IMG/VR virus record: IMGVR_UViG_3300037493_003260
Coordinates: 20,089-84,088 of that record
Origin: a virus
Direction: 5' to 3' (one strand)
Length of the DNA: 64,000 nt
Below the pieces are notes generated by a model that made no database searches, was not told the DNA's origin, and saw only the letters and a list, made by a program, of their open reading frames with translations. This document shows, one piece after another, positions 51,020 to 61,662 of the stretch. Positions within the stretch are counted from its first letter, which is position 1, and each line of letters begins with the position of its first letter. The position numbers and the translations under genes are program-made.

Positions 51020-51591
51020 GTCCGTTCTCCTTTCACAGCCCTGAAGTCAGCGAGGGCTTTACGAGCGATATTCTCATATTCGTAGACGTAGCTTGTGCTT
51101 GCCTGACAGTCACCCATAGACCTGTCCTGTTCGATGCTTCTCAACGCCTTCTCCAAGCCTTCAGAAGCCTTCAGCAGAGTGGACAGACGCTCTTGTAATT
51201 TTAGTTTATCAGTCGTAAATATCTCAGCACTTTCACGATGAAAGGAAGATTCCTTCTCAACAGTGGACAGTCTGGATTCAGGTTCCTTTAGCTCATCACT
51301 CAAGTTCTGGTTGTAGCTTCTTTCAGCCTCAAGAGCGGATTCGGCTTCATTCAGTCTGGATTCCAAGTCCCTATTCTTCTCACGTGATAATTTAATGTCG
51401 TTCTTTAAAGAATCACACGCCTTCATCCATCCGTTGGCATCATCCCGAAAAGTGTTTTTGAATCCTTCCATTTCCGAAAGTCTGGATTCCAAGGACTTGT
51501 TCTCTTGACGCAACTTATCTATCTGCATTTCAGAAAGTTCAGACCATCGAACCTTCGCAATCTTATTAGCATCCTCCTTTTCCTCACTCAT
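51016..51591 (-). CDS. Modular coiled-coil protein (MSEEK family)
   Basis: Likely start 51591 (MSEEKEDA); ESRL x3. Confidence 0.6.
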   Translation of the reverse strand: MSEEKEDANKIAKVRWSELSEMQIDKLRQENKSLESRLSEMEGFKNTFRDDANGWMKACDSLKNDIKLSREKNRDLESRLNEAESALEAERSYNQNLSDELKEPESRLSTVEKESSFHRESAEIFTTDKLKLQERLSTLLKASEGLEKALRSIEQDRSMGDCQASTSYVYEYENIARKALADFRAVKGERT

Positions 51592-51722
51592 GTCTTCTCC
51601 CCGCAGAATGGGCAGTACGACCAGTCCTCGTCCATGTCCATTACACAAGTTATGCAGATGTGTCCGTTGACGGGTTTAATTTTATTCTCCCATTTCTTTC
51701 TGATATTCTTTTCCTCACTCAT
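51588..51722 (-). CDS. 44-aa zinc-ribbon protein (MSEEK family)
   Basis: Below ORF-track cutoff: MSEEKNIRKKW...CITC...YCPFCGEKT; ATGA overlap with next gene. Confidence 0.55.
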   Translation of the reverse strand: MSEEKNIRKKWENKIKPVNGHICITCVMDMDEDWSYCPFCGEKT

Positions 51723-51980
51723 GTCCTTCATAGAGCCACCTTTCCAGTTCCGCTACAAGCATGACATTGTTCCTGTTCGCCTGTGCAATTACACTCCTTA
51801 CCGATGTGGATATGACAAAACTCGGTATGTTCCGCATACCATCCATCACCGCCGCAATCCCTGCATTTCCTTTCTTTTTCTAGCTTCGGGTTCATTTTAT
51901 TTCCAAAGTCTCCATGTCATTATTCCAAACATAACTGTATTGATTACGTACAGCAATGTTAAGACAATTTTATAAACCAT

Positions 51981-52439
51981 TTAGCCACCGATTCTTTTGA
52001 TGACTGTTTTGATGAGTTCATCCAGGGTTTTTACCTGTTGAGCGTAGTACCTTGCACAAACCACATCCACATTACCCTTCCGCCAGTATCCATCAGGGCA
52101 ACATACCACCAGCTTGCCACTGCGGGCGTAAAGCCCAAGTTCAAGTAGGGTAACTGGAGACTTGGTACTTGGGTCAAAATACATGGCGATAACATCAGCC
52201 ATTTGCATAGCCGTTAGTTCCCAGTCAACTTGTTCTTTGAACTGAGTGTTGCCGATACTTTGGGTCCAAGAACTATCCCAGTCATCCCGACGAGGATTTA
52301 AAACCGTAACATTGAATGGGCCCAAGGCGGCGGTGACTTTCTCCTGCCACTTTTCAGCGGCCCCCATTTCGATACTTCCAGCCAGAAAAAGGTGCATTCG
52401 AGCGTTATCAATTGTGTTTGGTGCTTTAATTTCTTTCAT
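51981..52439 (-). CDS. Nucleoside 2-deoxyribosyltransferase-like protein
   Basis: FLAGSIEMG...WQ...LNPRR...QVDWEL...SPVTLLELG. Confidence 0.8.
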   Translation of the reverse strand: MKEIKAPNTIDNARMHLFLAGSIEMGAAEKWQEKVTAALGPFNVTVLNPRRDDWDSSWTQSIGNTQFKEQVDWELTAMQMADVIAMYFDPSTKSPVTLLELGLYARSGKLVVCCPDGYWRKGNVDVVCARYYAQQVKTLDELIKTVIKRIGG

Positions 52440-53265
52440 TAGTCTTCCTCTCCTGTGTAGATAACCTTGCATTGTATTTTTTCAACTAGTACTCGTCCGT
52501 CACTACTAATCTCTGGAGTTTCCCACCACGGTGCCATAGGCAGCTGATGTGCATGGTAATAAATTGGCCCACACGACTCATCAGCTATCCAGAAGGACTC
52601 ACATTTCGGGCAAATAATTACTTTTCTCACTCTGTTTAAGTCCTTTCCGTATAAGGTACATGTTAAGCATTCTTGTCCTCGATTTCTTCAATGAGGCATT
52701 TAATCTTTTCCACCTCAGCATCAGTTTCTGGTAATAGCCTCTCGGTAGCAACTTCCTCAGGGCCGTCCACGAATCGTTTCCGTGTAGGAATGTGCTGACA
52801 CCATGCATCATACTGATTAGGTCTTAGCGGATAAATCTTTCCACACTTAGGGCAATAAGCTACCCGCTGTTTAGGCATTTTTTAGGTATTCTGGAAAATC
52901 GGCACAGCACAGAATTTCTTTTCGTATGCAGGGCCATTTTCTTACAGCGTTTTTATAGGCCAATCTGTAAATGAATTTTTGGTATTTAAAAACAAGCATA
53001 TGAAACGGCCTAAAAATAGGAAATACCCAAAACCCATAGGGTTTATGCACCAGGCAATACCCAGGAAAAATCAAATCGTGCAAAGATTGACAATTTATAG
53101 AACAGTATACACGAACTGTTCCAAACTTTTCTTTGTACTGCCATACCTGAATTCGGCCCCACTTACGGCACAAATTTCCAATGTAAGACGCAGCATCGTC
53201 TAAGTCATCCCAAGCGTCAAAATCTTCATCCCCGTAACTATGCACTGTAACCTCCATTTAATTAG

Positions 53266-53295
53266 ATTATACCACAAAAACACTGTTATTGTCAA
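53266..53295 (-). promoter_or_regulatory. Sigma70-type promoter
   Basis: TTGACA-18 bp-TATAAT with TG extension. Confidence 0.78.
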
Positions 53296-53641
53296 CGAAA
53301 ACATTGTTCGTTCCTAGGTCTCCTCAGTCTTTCCAAACTAAAATGTGAAATCCAACTCCAAAAAGTATAACTCTAATAATTGGCTTATAAAACGTGTTCT
53401 CGCATACCAAAAATTGAAACAGCCAGTGCCATTTACAAGAAGCATATGTTCGGTCTTTCCAGGCGTTTAAAAATTCTAACTTCACAAGCCTGCTACCAGC
53501 ATGAAAAGTGCAGTGCCGAAAAATGCGGTGTAAAACGCAAAGATTAATCCCCTCATCCAACATTACGTCAAGAGCTGGCATCTTATTCGTACAATAAGCA
53601 CAATCTCTGCTAGCTACCAATTTTATTTTCATTTGTCCTCC

Positions 53642-54265
53642 TTAAAGGTCAATCACGACTGGTTTGTTCACCAATTCATAGTGTGCATTCAAAACTGAAC
53701 AGTTACTATATATAGTGTTATCTAGCGTTATGCTACCATACCCCTCGTGTATGTGTCCAAAAACAGCATGGTGTATCCGACGCTTCTGAATGGCCTGCCT
53801 TAAATCGTAGCATCCACAGGATTCATGGTGTTCATTTATGTCTAGAATGCCCTGTGGTGCCCCGTGCGTAATTAGCATGTCCGCCTCTTGGGGTATCATC
53901 TGCCATAGCTTTGCTATATCATTGCCGCGCTTTTTCATAAAGGCCCAGTGTCCAAAAAGAGGAGTATAAGGACTGCCCCAAAATGTCTTACCTTCAATGT
54001 AAACTCCACTATTCTCCAAGTAAATAGCATTAGATAAAAACTCCTGTGTCACTGAGGGTCCAACAGTACTTGCATACTGGTCGTGGTTGCCTGAAACGCA
54101 AATTTTGTATTTGTGTGGTTGCTTACCTAGCCAATAGTTAAACGCCACCAAATCATGGAACGTCCCTTGGGCAGAATAATCTCCGCAATGTACCAATGTA
54201 TCCCCATCGGGGAGTATCAGTTCATTTTCAGACCCATGTGTATCTGCAATCACTATGACCCGCAT
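53642..54265 (-). CDS. Metallophosphoesterase (MPPED-like)
   Basis: ADTH, HCGD, GNHD, LITHG.P, GHIHE. Confidence 0.88.
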   Translation of the reverse strand: MRVIVIADTHGSENELILPDGDTLVHCGDYSAQGTFHDLVAFNYWLGKQPHKYKICVSGNHDQYASTVGPSVTQEFLSNAIYLENSGVYIEGKTFWGSPYTPLFGHWAFMKKRGNDIAKLWQMIPQEADMLITHGAPQGILDINEHHESCGCYDLRQAIQKRRIHHAVFGHIHEGYGSITLDNTIYSNCSVLNAHYELVNKPVVIDL

Positions 54266-54718
54266 TTATTGCTTCCTACCCCAACGCTTGTGCACAACAG
54301 GTTTTGCCTGTTTCTTTACCCGTGGAGTTTCCAAAGAGATAATGCCCCACTTCTTGAATAATTCAAAAGTGGTCCTCGACAGCTCAGTTATCGGCGTGTT
54401 TTTGTACTTCTGGATACGCCATGCCTTGCGCTGTTCAAGTCCCTTGAGAAGTTTAAGCCCATCACGGGTCTTGTTTCTGTCATGGTGGTTCTCAAGAATG
54501 TATCGGTGACTGCTACCTCCACCGCCTTTGCTTACGACTGTGCTACTGCTACTAGATGCATGTTTCATTTTTAGTCCTCCTGTGTGAAAACGATGTTTCT
54601 GGTTTCATTGCTAAATTCTTGGGTGACAGATTTGGTCATATCAAAGCCAGCGTCAATCCACTGCTGTCTGACATACCGCCACCAATCCTTGTTGTACTCA
54701 AATTTTGCCCTGGTATCT

Positions 54719-55216
54719 TCAGAGATTTCTAAGCGTTTCATTGCTACCCTCCGTGTACTTCACGATTTTTGTGAAGCCTTCTTTTTTAGATGGTTCAACG
54801 TATACCTTGTTAAATCGGTCCCATACATCTCCCCAAACAGAAGCATCGGCATCACCATGATTTGATTGCATACGCCGTTTCACGCTTTCTGCTTTCGATA
54901 GTCTTGGCATAACAACAGCGGTTACCGTGTACCCTTTGTCTTTGATTACCGCAAAGTGTCGGCTCCGTATGAAGGTGCTAACGTTGGTTTCGTCAATTAC
55001 AATGTCGTTTCCAATATCAGACATTACCTGCAAAGCGTACCGTTCTATTTTAAAAATCTCTGGCTCCAGGTCCACATCAAACACATAAGACCCACCACCC
55101 ACCATATACCGCAGGGCATCTCGACTGATAACCACGTAGCCGTTCTTTACAAGGTCTTTTGTAACCGTGCTTTTTCCACTGCCGATATTGCCGACCAGCA
55201 TAATAAGGTTAGGCAT
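54719..55216 (-). CDS. P-loop polynucleotide-kinase-like protein
   Basis: MLVGNIGSGKST, ISRD.LR, VIDETN, P...EGF. Confidence 0.8.
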   Translation of the reverse strand: MPNLIMLVGNIGSGKSTVTKDLVKNGYVVISRDALRYMVGGGSYVFDVDLEPEIFKIERYALQVMSDIGNDIVIDETNVSTFIRSRHFAVIKDKGYTVTAVVMPRLSKAESVKRRMQSNHGDADASVWGDVWDRFNKVYVEPSKKEGFTKIVKYTEGSNETLRNL

Positions 55217-55447
55217 TGCTGACTGGTTCCTTCTGCTCACCGATAACTTTATCAAGCGGAACAGCGTAACACAGTATCGTTCCATTTGATTCGGTAGGAT
55301 AAGACCGAATAATAGCCCCGTCAATCTCAAAGATTTTATCCTTAAGACACCCTGATTTCGTAAATTTTATTTTATTTATCCCTGAGATAACCTTGTATTT
55401 TGCAATTAAAACTATCTTGTCATGCCATCTCGGATTCCAAATTTCAA

Positions 55448-58003
55448 TCATTTTGCCTCCCCATTTAGAAAATAATCTTTTGGCAGTTTTTCCATGGCAC
55501 CCAGTTTCTGTCCAACTGAAACATCTGCAGTAAGTAGAACCACGATTGGTCCAGGTCGTTCTGTCATCTTTGCGTGTACCATATGGATTACCTCGTCAAA
55601 TTCTTCGTCTTTTACTTCAAGAATCAAAGAGTCGTGGATGGTCATAATCAGGCGAGATTGTAAGCCACGCTTTAAAAGTTCCGATTTGACTTTAATGCTG
55701 GCCACTGACAAAATGTCGTGCGCCCCACCTTGAATGGGGGAATTCACAGCCTGACGGCGTGCCTCTGCCATCAGCACTTCCACGCCTGACCGAAACCCAC
55801 TCGCCAGCCTGCGCCTGCGCCCAGTCCAGCCAATTACTTCTCCTGTGGTTTCGGCACGTTTCTCTGTAGTTTTCATCCATGCCTTCATTACAGGGTAACG
55901 GGCGTAGATTGCATTAAAAGTTGCCTTTACCTGTTCAACGCTTAGCCCTGTATCTTTTGCAAGATTTTCCTCGCCCTTGCCGTAAATAACACTATAAACG
56001 ATTGTTTTTGCTTTTTCACGAAGTTCAAGAGTAACCTGCTCTGGAGTCATTTGGAACGCAATAGACGCAATCTTTCTATGAATATCCATCTTGACATCGT
56101 TTAAGTCAGCCAGCATGGTCGGGTCTTTGCTCTCGTTTGCTAATAGGCGGAATTCAATTTGTCCCAAGTCTGCCTCTATTAGTTTGAATCCTGGGGGCGC
56201 AATAATCCCCATGCGTAATTCCATGGCCATCCCAGGCTCTCTCTTTGGAATATTTTGTAAATTTGGATTGGAACTTGCAAGTCGTCCTGTAACTGTTGTG
56301 TGTTGCATATAGCTGGTATGCAACCGACCGTCTCCTCTGGCCAAATCAGGCATCGGTTTCACGTAAGTCGAATAAAACTTGCTTAACTTTCTATGCCGAA
56401 GTAGCAACTTTGGCAACGGATGTTCATAGGCCAGCCGTTCTAGGACCTCTTTGTCAGTTGATGGCTTGCTGGCGGCATTCGTTTTACGGCCCTTTGTTTT
56501 GGTCTGTTTGTACACGGGTAGCTTAAGCACGTCATAAAACAGAACCCGCATTTGGTCAGATGAATTAAAATTGACTGGCTTTCCCTGTTTCCGTTCTAGC
56601 CACTTCACATCTGGGTAACTGTACAGCTCGGCCTCCGTCTTTTTGATTTCCTCTTCGTATTTCAGGGCCAGCTTCTGGTAGTATTCTTTGTCTATCAAGA
56701 CCCCAGACATTTCCATGTCGGCCAGCACCACCGACAAGGGCAACATAATTTTTTGAAGTAACGGCAACAATCCCAGTTGCTTGACACGGGGTTGAAGCAC
56801 ACAGTACACACGCAGGGTTGCGTCCACGTCTTTGCAGGCGTACCGACAGAGTGTTTCTTGGGGTATCTTAATCATTGTGAACTGGTCGAACTTGGAGTAT
56901 TCAATCCCTAAGACTGAACACAGTTCTACAGAATAATCGCCCATGTCTGTAAACTTAAGAGCCAGATTCCCCAAGTCGTGCTGGCCTTTGGCGTTTTCAT
57001 CCAGCAGGTAATGCCCCAGCATGGTATCGAAAATAATACCCTTTGTTTTTATCCCGTAATATTTCAGGAATTGGTAATCGTATTTTATGTTCTGGCCAAT
57101 CTTTCGCTTATCAGGGTCTTCCAAAAATGTTTTCAGTCTAGACCAGATGTATTTCTCGTCCTCGTCGGACCAGAACTTTTCAGTCGGCTCTGTGAATTCG
57201 CTACCCGTATTATAAAAGGAAATGACAGACCCTGTGCCCACCTTTGTTGCAAACTGCACTGTAAGAATTTTACCTGTTAGAAAATCCCCAAACGTTTCTG
57301 TGTCCAGCGAGGCAACTTGGCTAGCGTTCAGTTCCACCATGAAGGCTTCAAATTGGTCCAGCGTCTTGATGTATTTGTATGATGTAGCCAGCTGGCCTGT
57401 GCTTCCTGTCTCACTGATTTTTTTGATGTAATCCAAGTCTCTCCTGAATTGCTCGGCTTCTTCTAGGCTTTCTGAATTGCGTATCAGAAAAGACGGATGC
57501 CAAGTTGGCACGCACCAGCATTTAAATTTGTCGCTCCACAACGGCTTGCCCCTGAATTTTGTGATGCCATCCAATCCAAGGACCTGTTTGAGTGCAACGG
57601 CCCCCATCAATCCAATGACGGTTGGCTTGACCAATCCAATTTCATAAGCCAGGTAGGGTTCGCACGCCCGCAGTTCCATCGGTTTGTGGACTTGGTTCAA
57701 TGGCGGTCGGCATTTCAAACTGTGGGTTACATACACGTTTTCCCGTTTAAGTCCAACACGGGTGAGATATTTGTCCAGTATGGCACCTGTATCACCCTGA
57801 AACGGAGCATCGGCCAAAATGTCTTGCTTCCCTGGAGATTCCCCGACTAGCAGAATCTTGGCGGTCAGATTTCCAGCACCCCATAAACACACAACTTCCT
57901 TTGTGTCAGCCTTGCTGGTTTTGCAAAGCTGGCATCTTCCGCAAGTCGGATTGCGTCCTGTGACGGCCTCGGTCATTGCCCGTTTCATGCTAATTCGTGC
58001 CAT
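55448..58003 (-). CDS. polA: Family A DNA polymerase with N-terminal family-4 uracil-DNA-glycosylase domain and 3'-5' exonuclease
   Basis: C..C.LC, GESPG, KCRPP, WHPS; LDTET, N.KYD, YA..D; TGRLASSNPNLQNIP, D..QIE.R, R..AK...Y...YG, IHD. Confidence 0.93.
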   Translation of the reverse strand: MARISMKRAMTEAVTGRNPTCGRCQLCKTSKADTKEVVCLWGAGNLTAKILLVGESPGKQDILADAPFQGDTGAILDKYLTRVGLKRENVYVTHSLKCRPPLNQVHKPMELRACEPYLAYEIGLVKPTVIGLMGAVALKQVLGLDGITKFRGKPLWSDKFKCWCVPTWHPSFLIRNSESLEEAEQFRRDLDYIKKISETGSTGQLATSYKYIKTLDQFEAFMVELNASQVASLDTETFGDFLTGKILTVQFATKVGTGSVISFYNTGSEFTEPTEKFWSDEDEKYIWSRLKTFLEDPDKRKIGQNIKYDYQFLKYYGIKTKGIIFDTMLGHYLLDENAKGQHDLGNLALKFTDMGDYSVELCSVLGIEYSKFDQFTMIKIPQETLCRYACKDVDATLRVYCVLQPRVKQLGLLPLLQKIMLPLSVVLADMEMSGVLIDKEYYQKLALKYEEEIKKTEAELYSYPDVKWLERKQGKPVNFNSSDQMRVLFYDVLKLPVYKQTKTKGRKTNAASKPSTDKEVLERLAYEHPLPKLLLRHRKLSKFYSTYVKPMPDLARGDGRLHTSYMQHTTVTGRLASSNPNLQNIPKREPGMAMELRMGIIAPPGFKLIEADLGQIEFRLLANESKDPTMLADLNDVKMDIHRKIASIAFQMTPEQVTLELREKAKTIVYSVIYGKGEENLAKDTGLSVEQVKATFNAIYARYPVMKAWMKTTEKRAETTGEVIGWTGRRRRLASGFRSGVEVLMAEARRQAVNSPIQGGAHDILSVASIKVKSELLKRGLQSRLIMTIHDSLILEVKDEEFDEVIHMVHAKMTERPGPIVVLLTADVSVGQKLGAMEKLPKDYFLNGEAK

Positions 58004-59280
58004 TACATTTTCCTCAGTTCTGTTTTGATAGATTGCTCACTGTAGCCCCACGTGAGGGCACATTGTGTAACATACTGTTCTTTTATGACAGATTCTGGCA
58101 TTTTCTTTATGCTGGTCAGACACTCGCTCAGCAGTGTCGTTTTCTCATGCCCTACGGAAAACTTACTGACGATATAATGCTCTAGGGCACTCTGGGACCG
58201 TGCAATAAAATGTGTCAAACCCTCTTTGCCATACTGTTTACAAAACGTATCGGGGTCTTCTTTGTCAGGCAGAATAGCTACCTTTACGTCTAGGCCCGTT
58301 TCGATTAATGGCAGAATTCCTTTATACAATGAATGCTGTCCTGCATCATCACCGTCTTGCATAAGAATAACCTGTGAAGTCAGGCTTTTTAAAAGCCGAC
58401 ATTGGCTGGTCGTTAGGGCAGTACCCAATTGGGCCAAACAATTAAATCCCATATTGACAAGCCGAACACAATCCAGATTCCCCTCCACCAAAATAATTGG
58501 CTCACTTAACCGCACGTTCTGCAAACCATACAAGAATAAACCCTTTTTATAATAGTCAGAGGTCGGAGTTGCCGTGTATTTTGGCTCCTGCCCCACATCC
58601 AGACTGCGACCAGAGAAGGCACTGATGTCTCCACGAACATTATAAATTGGAAACATCAATCGGTGCGAAAAGCGTTCACCATACGGAGTGAGAAACCCCA
58701 ATGCCGTTAGCTCGGCCTCGGAAGCCCCCGCCCGTATAGCGACATCTGCAAAGCCCGACTGAGGATAGTACCCCAATTCAAATTTGCTGACAGCTTCATC
58801 CGAAAATCCACGTTCCAATAGGTATTCTCTGGCTCTTGACTGTGCGTAAAATTTGGAAAAGGCCTGTGTTGCCCATCGGCTCAGTTTGTATAATCTGGGA
58901 TTTTCAATCAGCAGAGTATCCTTTTCAACGACTGAGACTTCTGTACGTAGCCACTTGCTCCGTAAATATTCCATACGGGAATCCTCGTTTATGTTATATC
59001 CGCAAATCCCAGACAGCTTGTTTGCTGCATCCTCAAACGGAATATTGTCCAAGTGCATCACTAACGTAATCGCATCCCCTTTTGCAGGGCACGACCAGCA
59101 ATGAAAATAAGTATCTGATTTCCGCATACAAAAGGAAGGGTTAGAGTCATTGTGATAGACACATTTTGCCTTTACCCAATCTCCTTGGTCCTCGATTTGC
59201 TCAAAATTATAAAAAGATAACAGCTTAGTAACATCAACCTGCTTTTTTAACTCCTCTGTATTAACATGTTTATTAATCAT
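58003..59280 (-). CDS. dnaG: DnaG-type DNA primase
   Basis: CVYH.D..PSF....FHCWSC, RL.FPI, F.GR, PKY, VEG..D, D.D.AG, DPD; RBS ggag before ATG 59280. Confidence 0.92.
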   Translation of the reverse strand: MINKHVNTEELKKQVDVTKLLSFYNFEQIEDQGDWVKAKCVYHNDSNPSFCMRKSDTYFHCWSCPAKGDAITLVMHLDNIPFEDAANKLSGICGYNINEDSRMEYLRSKWLRTEVSVVEKDTLLIENPRLYKLSRWATQAFSKFYAQSRAREYLLERGFSDEAVSKFELGYYPQSGFADVAIRAGASEAELTALGFLTPYGERFSHRLMFPIYNVRGDISAFSGRSLDVGQEPKYTATPTSDYYKKGLFLYGLQNVRLSEPIILVEGNLDCVRLVNMGFNCLAQLGTALTTSQCRLLKSLTSQVILMQDGDDAGQHSLYKGILPLIETGLDVKVAILPDKEDPDTFCKQYGKEGLTHFIARSQSALEHYIVSKFSVGHEKTTLLSECLTSIKKMPESVIKEQYVTQCALTWGYSEQSIKTELRKM

Positions 59281-59758
59281 TATAACTCCGTATTTTACAA
59301 GTTCCTTTACAATGTCTGCAATATCTGTGTGCAAGTTTACAGTTTTCTACATGCTCAATAAAACGGCAATTACTCAGTGTATAATTTTTATCTGGGTCTT
59401 TTCTGTCAATACTTGGCTTTTTCATTAAATAGGCTTGGTCACGATACCAAAGATATTTAATGTTATTAACGGTCAGTTTATTTTGGATTCCGCGTTTTCC
59501 ATACCACCGATATGATTTATCGGATTTTGTATTACAGCGGCTTCTAATAGAGGTAAAAGTCTTTACCCACGGAAATTGTCTCCGATATTTGGTATTATAG
59601 ACAGAGTGCTTTTTTGGATATTTGTGCCGATATTTAGTCGTATCAGCCATTTCACAGCGACTACACCAAGAACGTCTCCCATCAGGAACATTAGGACGTT
59701 TAAAAAACAATTCCACCGATTTCCGTATTCGGCATTTAGTACAAATTTTAGTGCTCAT
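59273..59758 (-). CDS. HNH-type endonuclease
   Basis: CTKC...CSRC; RC.....Y.WYG.RGI; PSIDR.D...NYT..NCRF. Confidence 0.75.
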   Translation of the reverse strand: MSTKICTKCRIRKSVELFFKRPNVPDGRRSWCSRCEMADTTKYRHKYPKKHSVYNTKYRRQFPWVKTFTSIRSRCNTKSDKSYRWYGKRGIQNKLTVNNIKYLWYRDQAYLMKKPSIDRKDPDKNYTLSNCRFIEHVENCKLAHRYCRHCKGTCKIRSYND

Positions 59759-60171
59759 TATATAAACTCCACAGTTTTGTACAGAATGTGGTACGGAATA
59801 TGTATTGTATTAAACGGGTGTGCCTGCACCATGTTTCCAGCTCCTGTAGGATTCATAGAATGAATGACACAGCTTGTCTCCTGATTAACGGTACCATGCA
59901 GGTGCGATATGACCATCAGGCCGTTATGGCCGTGCTTCAAATCGTACTCTGCGTGAGCCTCGTCATAAATAGAAGTTTCTTCCAAGTCATGGTCCAAGAA
60001 AAGGATGTCAAACTTAATCAGTCTGAGAATGCTGATAGCTTCCTTTACATCCTTGGTGATAAACAAAAAAGGCACGTCATGGAATTGTTTATTAAACCAA
60101 TCAATTCGCATCTGGTCATCTTCCAGCACAAAGACTGCCGTGAGAAGCTTTTTGTTTAGTTGAATTATCAT
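59758..60171 (-). CDS. Cyclic-phosphate-processing receiver-like domain protein
   Basis: VLEDD..R, LFLDHDL, IHSMNP.GA..M. Confidence 0.75.
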   Translation of the reverse strand: MIIQLNKKLLTAVFVLEDDQMRIDWFNKQFHDVPFLFITKDVKEAISILRLIKFDILFLDHDLEETSIYDEAHAEYDLKHGHNGLMVISHLHGTVNQETSCVIHSMNPTGAGNMVQAHPFNTIHIPYHILYKTVEFI

Positions 60172-60288
60172 TTTCTACCTTTTCGGGTTGTACCTTTTCG
60201 TGCTCGACTTCCGTTTCCGATGTTGACCAACCATTCTAAGTAACGACAATTTTCCAGTGTGTAGTGTTTATCAATCTCCAGTCTGTCA

Positions 60289-61662
60289 TTATAACTCTGG
60301 GTCAGGAATACATAAATTACCATCATCCGTGACAACCCCTTCTATAGGGTCCATTATGTGGCATGTATTTAAATCACAGGAAATAACGGCACTGGCTATC
60401 CTCCCATTTCTGCATTTTGGGACACAAAGTTTCATACTAGACGGGTTTGTCTTATCCCAAATGAGGCCTACTACGGTATGAGCAGGGTCTGCGATACGCC
60501 GACTGAGCGCAATATCTTCTAGCTCAAGGTCATCTTCGGCAGATTTCTTCATCCCATCCGTAGTAAGCTGGTGAGCTGACACGACAACTAGTTTCATATT
60601 CCTTGCCAGCTCCCGTAAGTCGTTAGAAATTGAAGCGTACACTTCCCAGCCTTGCTTGTTGGTTACGTAACCCTCTGGCTTCAGAAGGCCCAAGTAGTCC
60701 ACGACCACCACGTCAATTTTTATATTCTGTTGCAGTTGCCGTAGCTGGGCCTCAATGAACCCAACGCTACATTTTGAAATATCAACAATGTGAAATGCAG
60801 ACGTGCGGGTCGCAATCTCTTCCCGTAAAACTTTTTCTTGAAGGGCAATTTGCTCAACCGTCAAATTCTGGGTCTTCAAACTAAGGTATGGAATCCCAGA
60901 TTCAAGGCTCAGTTTCCGCAACCTAATCTCGACGTGTGACATTTCAAGTGTGACGTACACAACGTTGTAGCCACTTTTTTGAGCGAAGGTAGCCCAATTC
61001 AGTAGGCCGATTGACTTGCCCCCACCTGACTTGGCGATTAATAGCACGTATTCACCAGGATGAAAACCGCCTGTCAACTGGTCAAGCGTGGTTAAGCCCG
61101 TGCCAATTCCCAAATGCTTTTCAGGATTTTCCCGTATATCTCGTAGTAGGTCTATCAGGTCATCCACTTGGCGGTCGTCTTGCAGGACCAGACTATTGTT
61201 TTCGACTGTGTGCAATTTTAAATCGTACAGTTTCTTGTCCAAAACTTCAAATGCCCTTTGCCCGCCCTTGGCCTCTAAAGCCTGTGTGCCTGACGTGAGA
61301 ATATCGGACACACTGCTGGAAATAAACGCTCGGCGTAACGAAGTTAATGCAAAACCGAATTCGGCATTATTTACTTCTACCTTTGCTAGGTCGTCTATGG
61401 CTTTTAAATATGTCAGTCGAACATCCTGTGGGTATCCGTTCGCTTCCAGCACATTTGATAAAAAGTCATGGGTCAACAAAGACCCATAACGGGTGTACGC
61501 CTGTGTAGCAATCTTAAATAGATTTCTATACAGGGCCTCTGTAAAATACGTTGGATTGCAATTCAGCATTGCTTTGTCAATGTTGCCAACGTCTTTCAAT
61601 ACCCCTGCTAAGACGGCTCTTTCAGCGTCCACATCTTTTAGTTTCGTTTGATTACCTGTCAT
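60289..61662 (-). CDS. dnaB: DnaB-like replicative helicase
   Basis: AERAVL, TGL..LD..TGG, A.SGGGKS, TLEMS, VVDYL, HQL, K.RNG. Confidence 0.92.
   Translation of the reverse strand: MTGNQTKLKDVDAERAVLAGVLKDVGNIDKAMLNCNPTYFTEALYRNLFKIATQAYTRYGSLLTHDFLSNVLEANGYPQDVRLTYLKAIDDLAKVEVNNAEFGFALTSLRRAFISSSVSDILTSGTQALEAKGGQRAFEVLDKKLYDLKLHTVENNSLVLQDDRQVDDLIDLLRDIRENPEKHLGIGTGLTTLDQLTGGFHPGEYVLLIAKSGGGKSIGLLNWATFAQKSGYNVVYVTLEMSHVEIRLRKLSLESGIPYLSLKTQNLTVEQIALQEKVLREEIATRTSAFHIVDISKCSVGFIEAQLRQLQQNIKIDVVVVDYLGLLKPEGYVTNKQGWEVYASISNDLRELARNMKLVVVSAHQLTTDGMKKSAEDDLELEDIALSRRIADPAHTVVGLIWDKTNPSSMKLCVPKCRNGRIASAVISCDLNTCHIMDPIEGVVTDDGNLCIPDPEL

Noticed and set aside
55448-58003. SPO1-like hydroxymethyluracil genome modification
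   Set aside because: No dUMP hydroxymethylase or related genes in this window; the UDG fusion alone is insufficient
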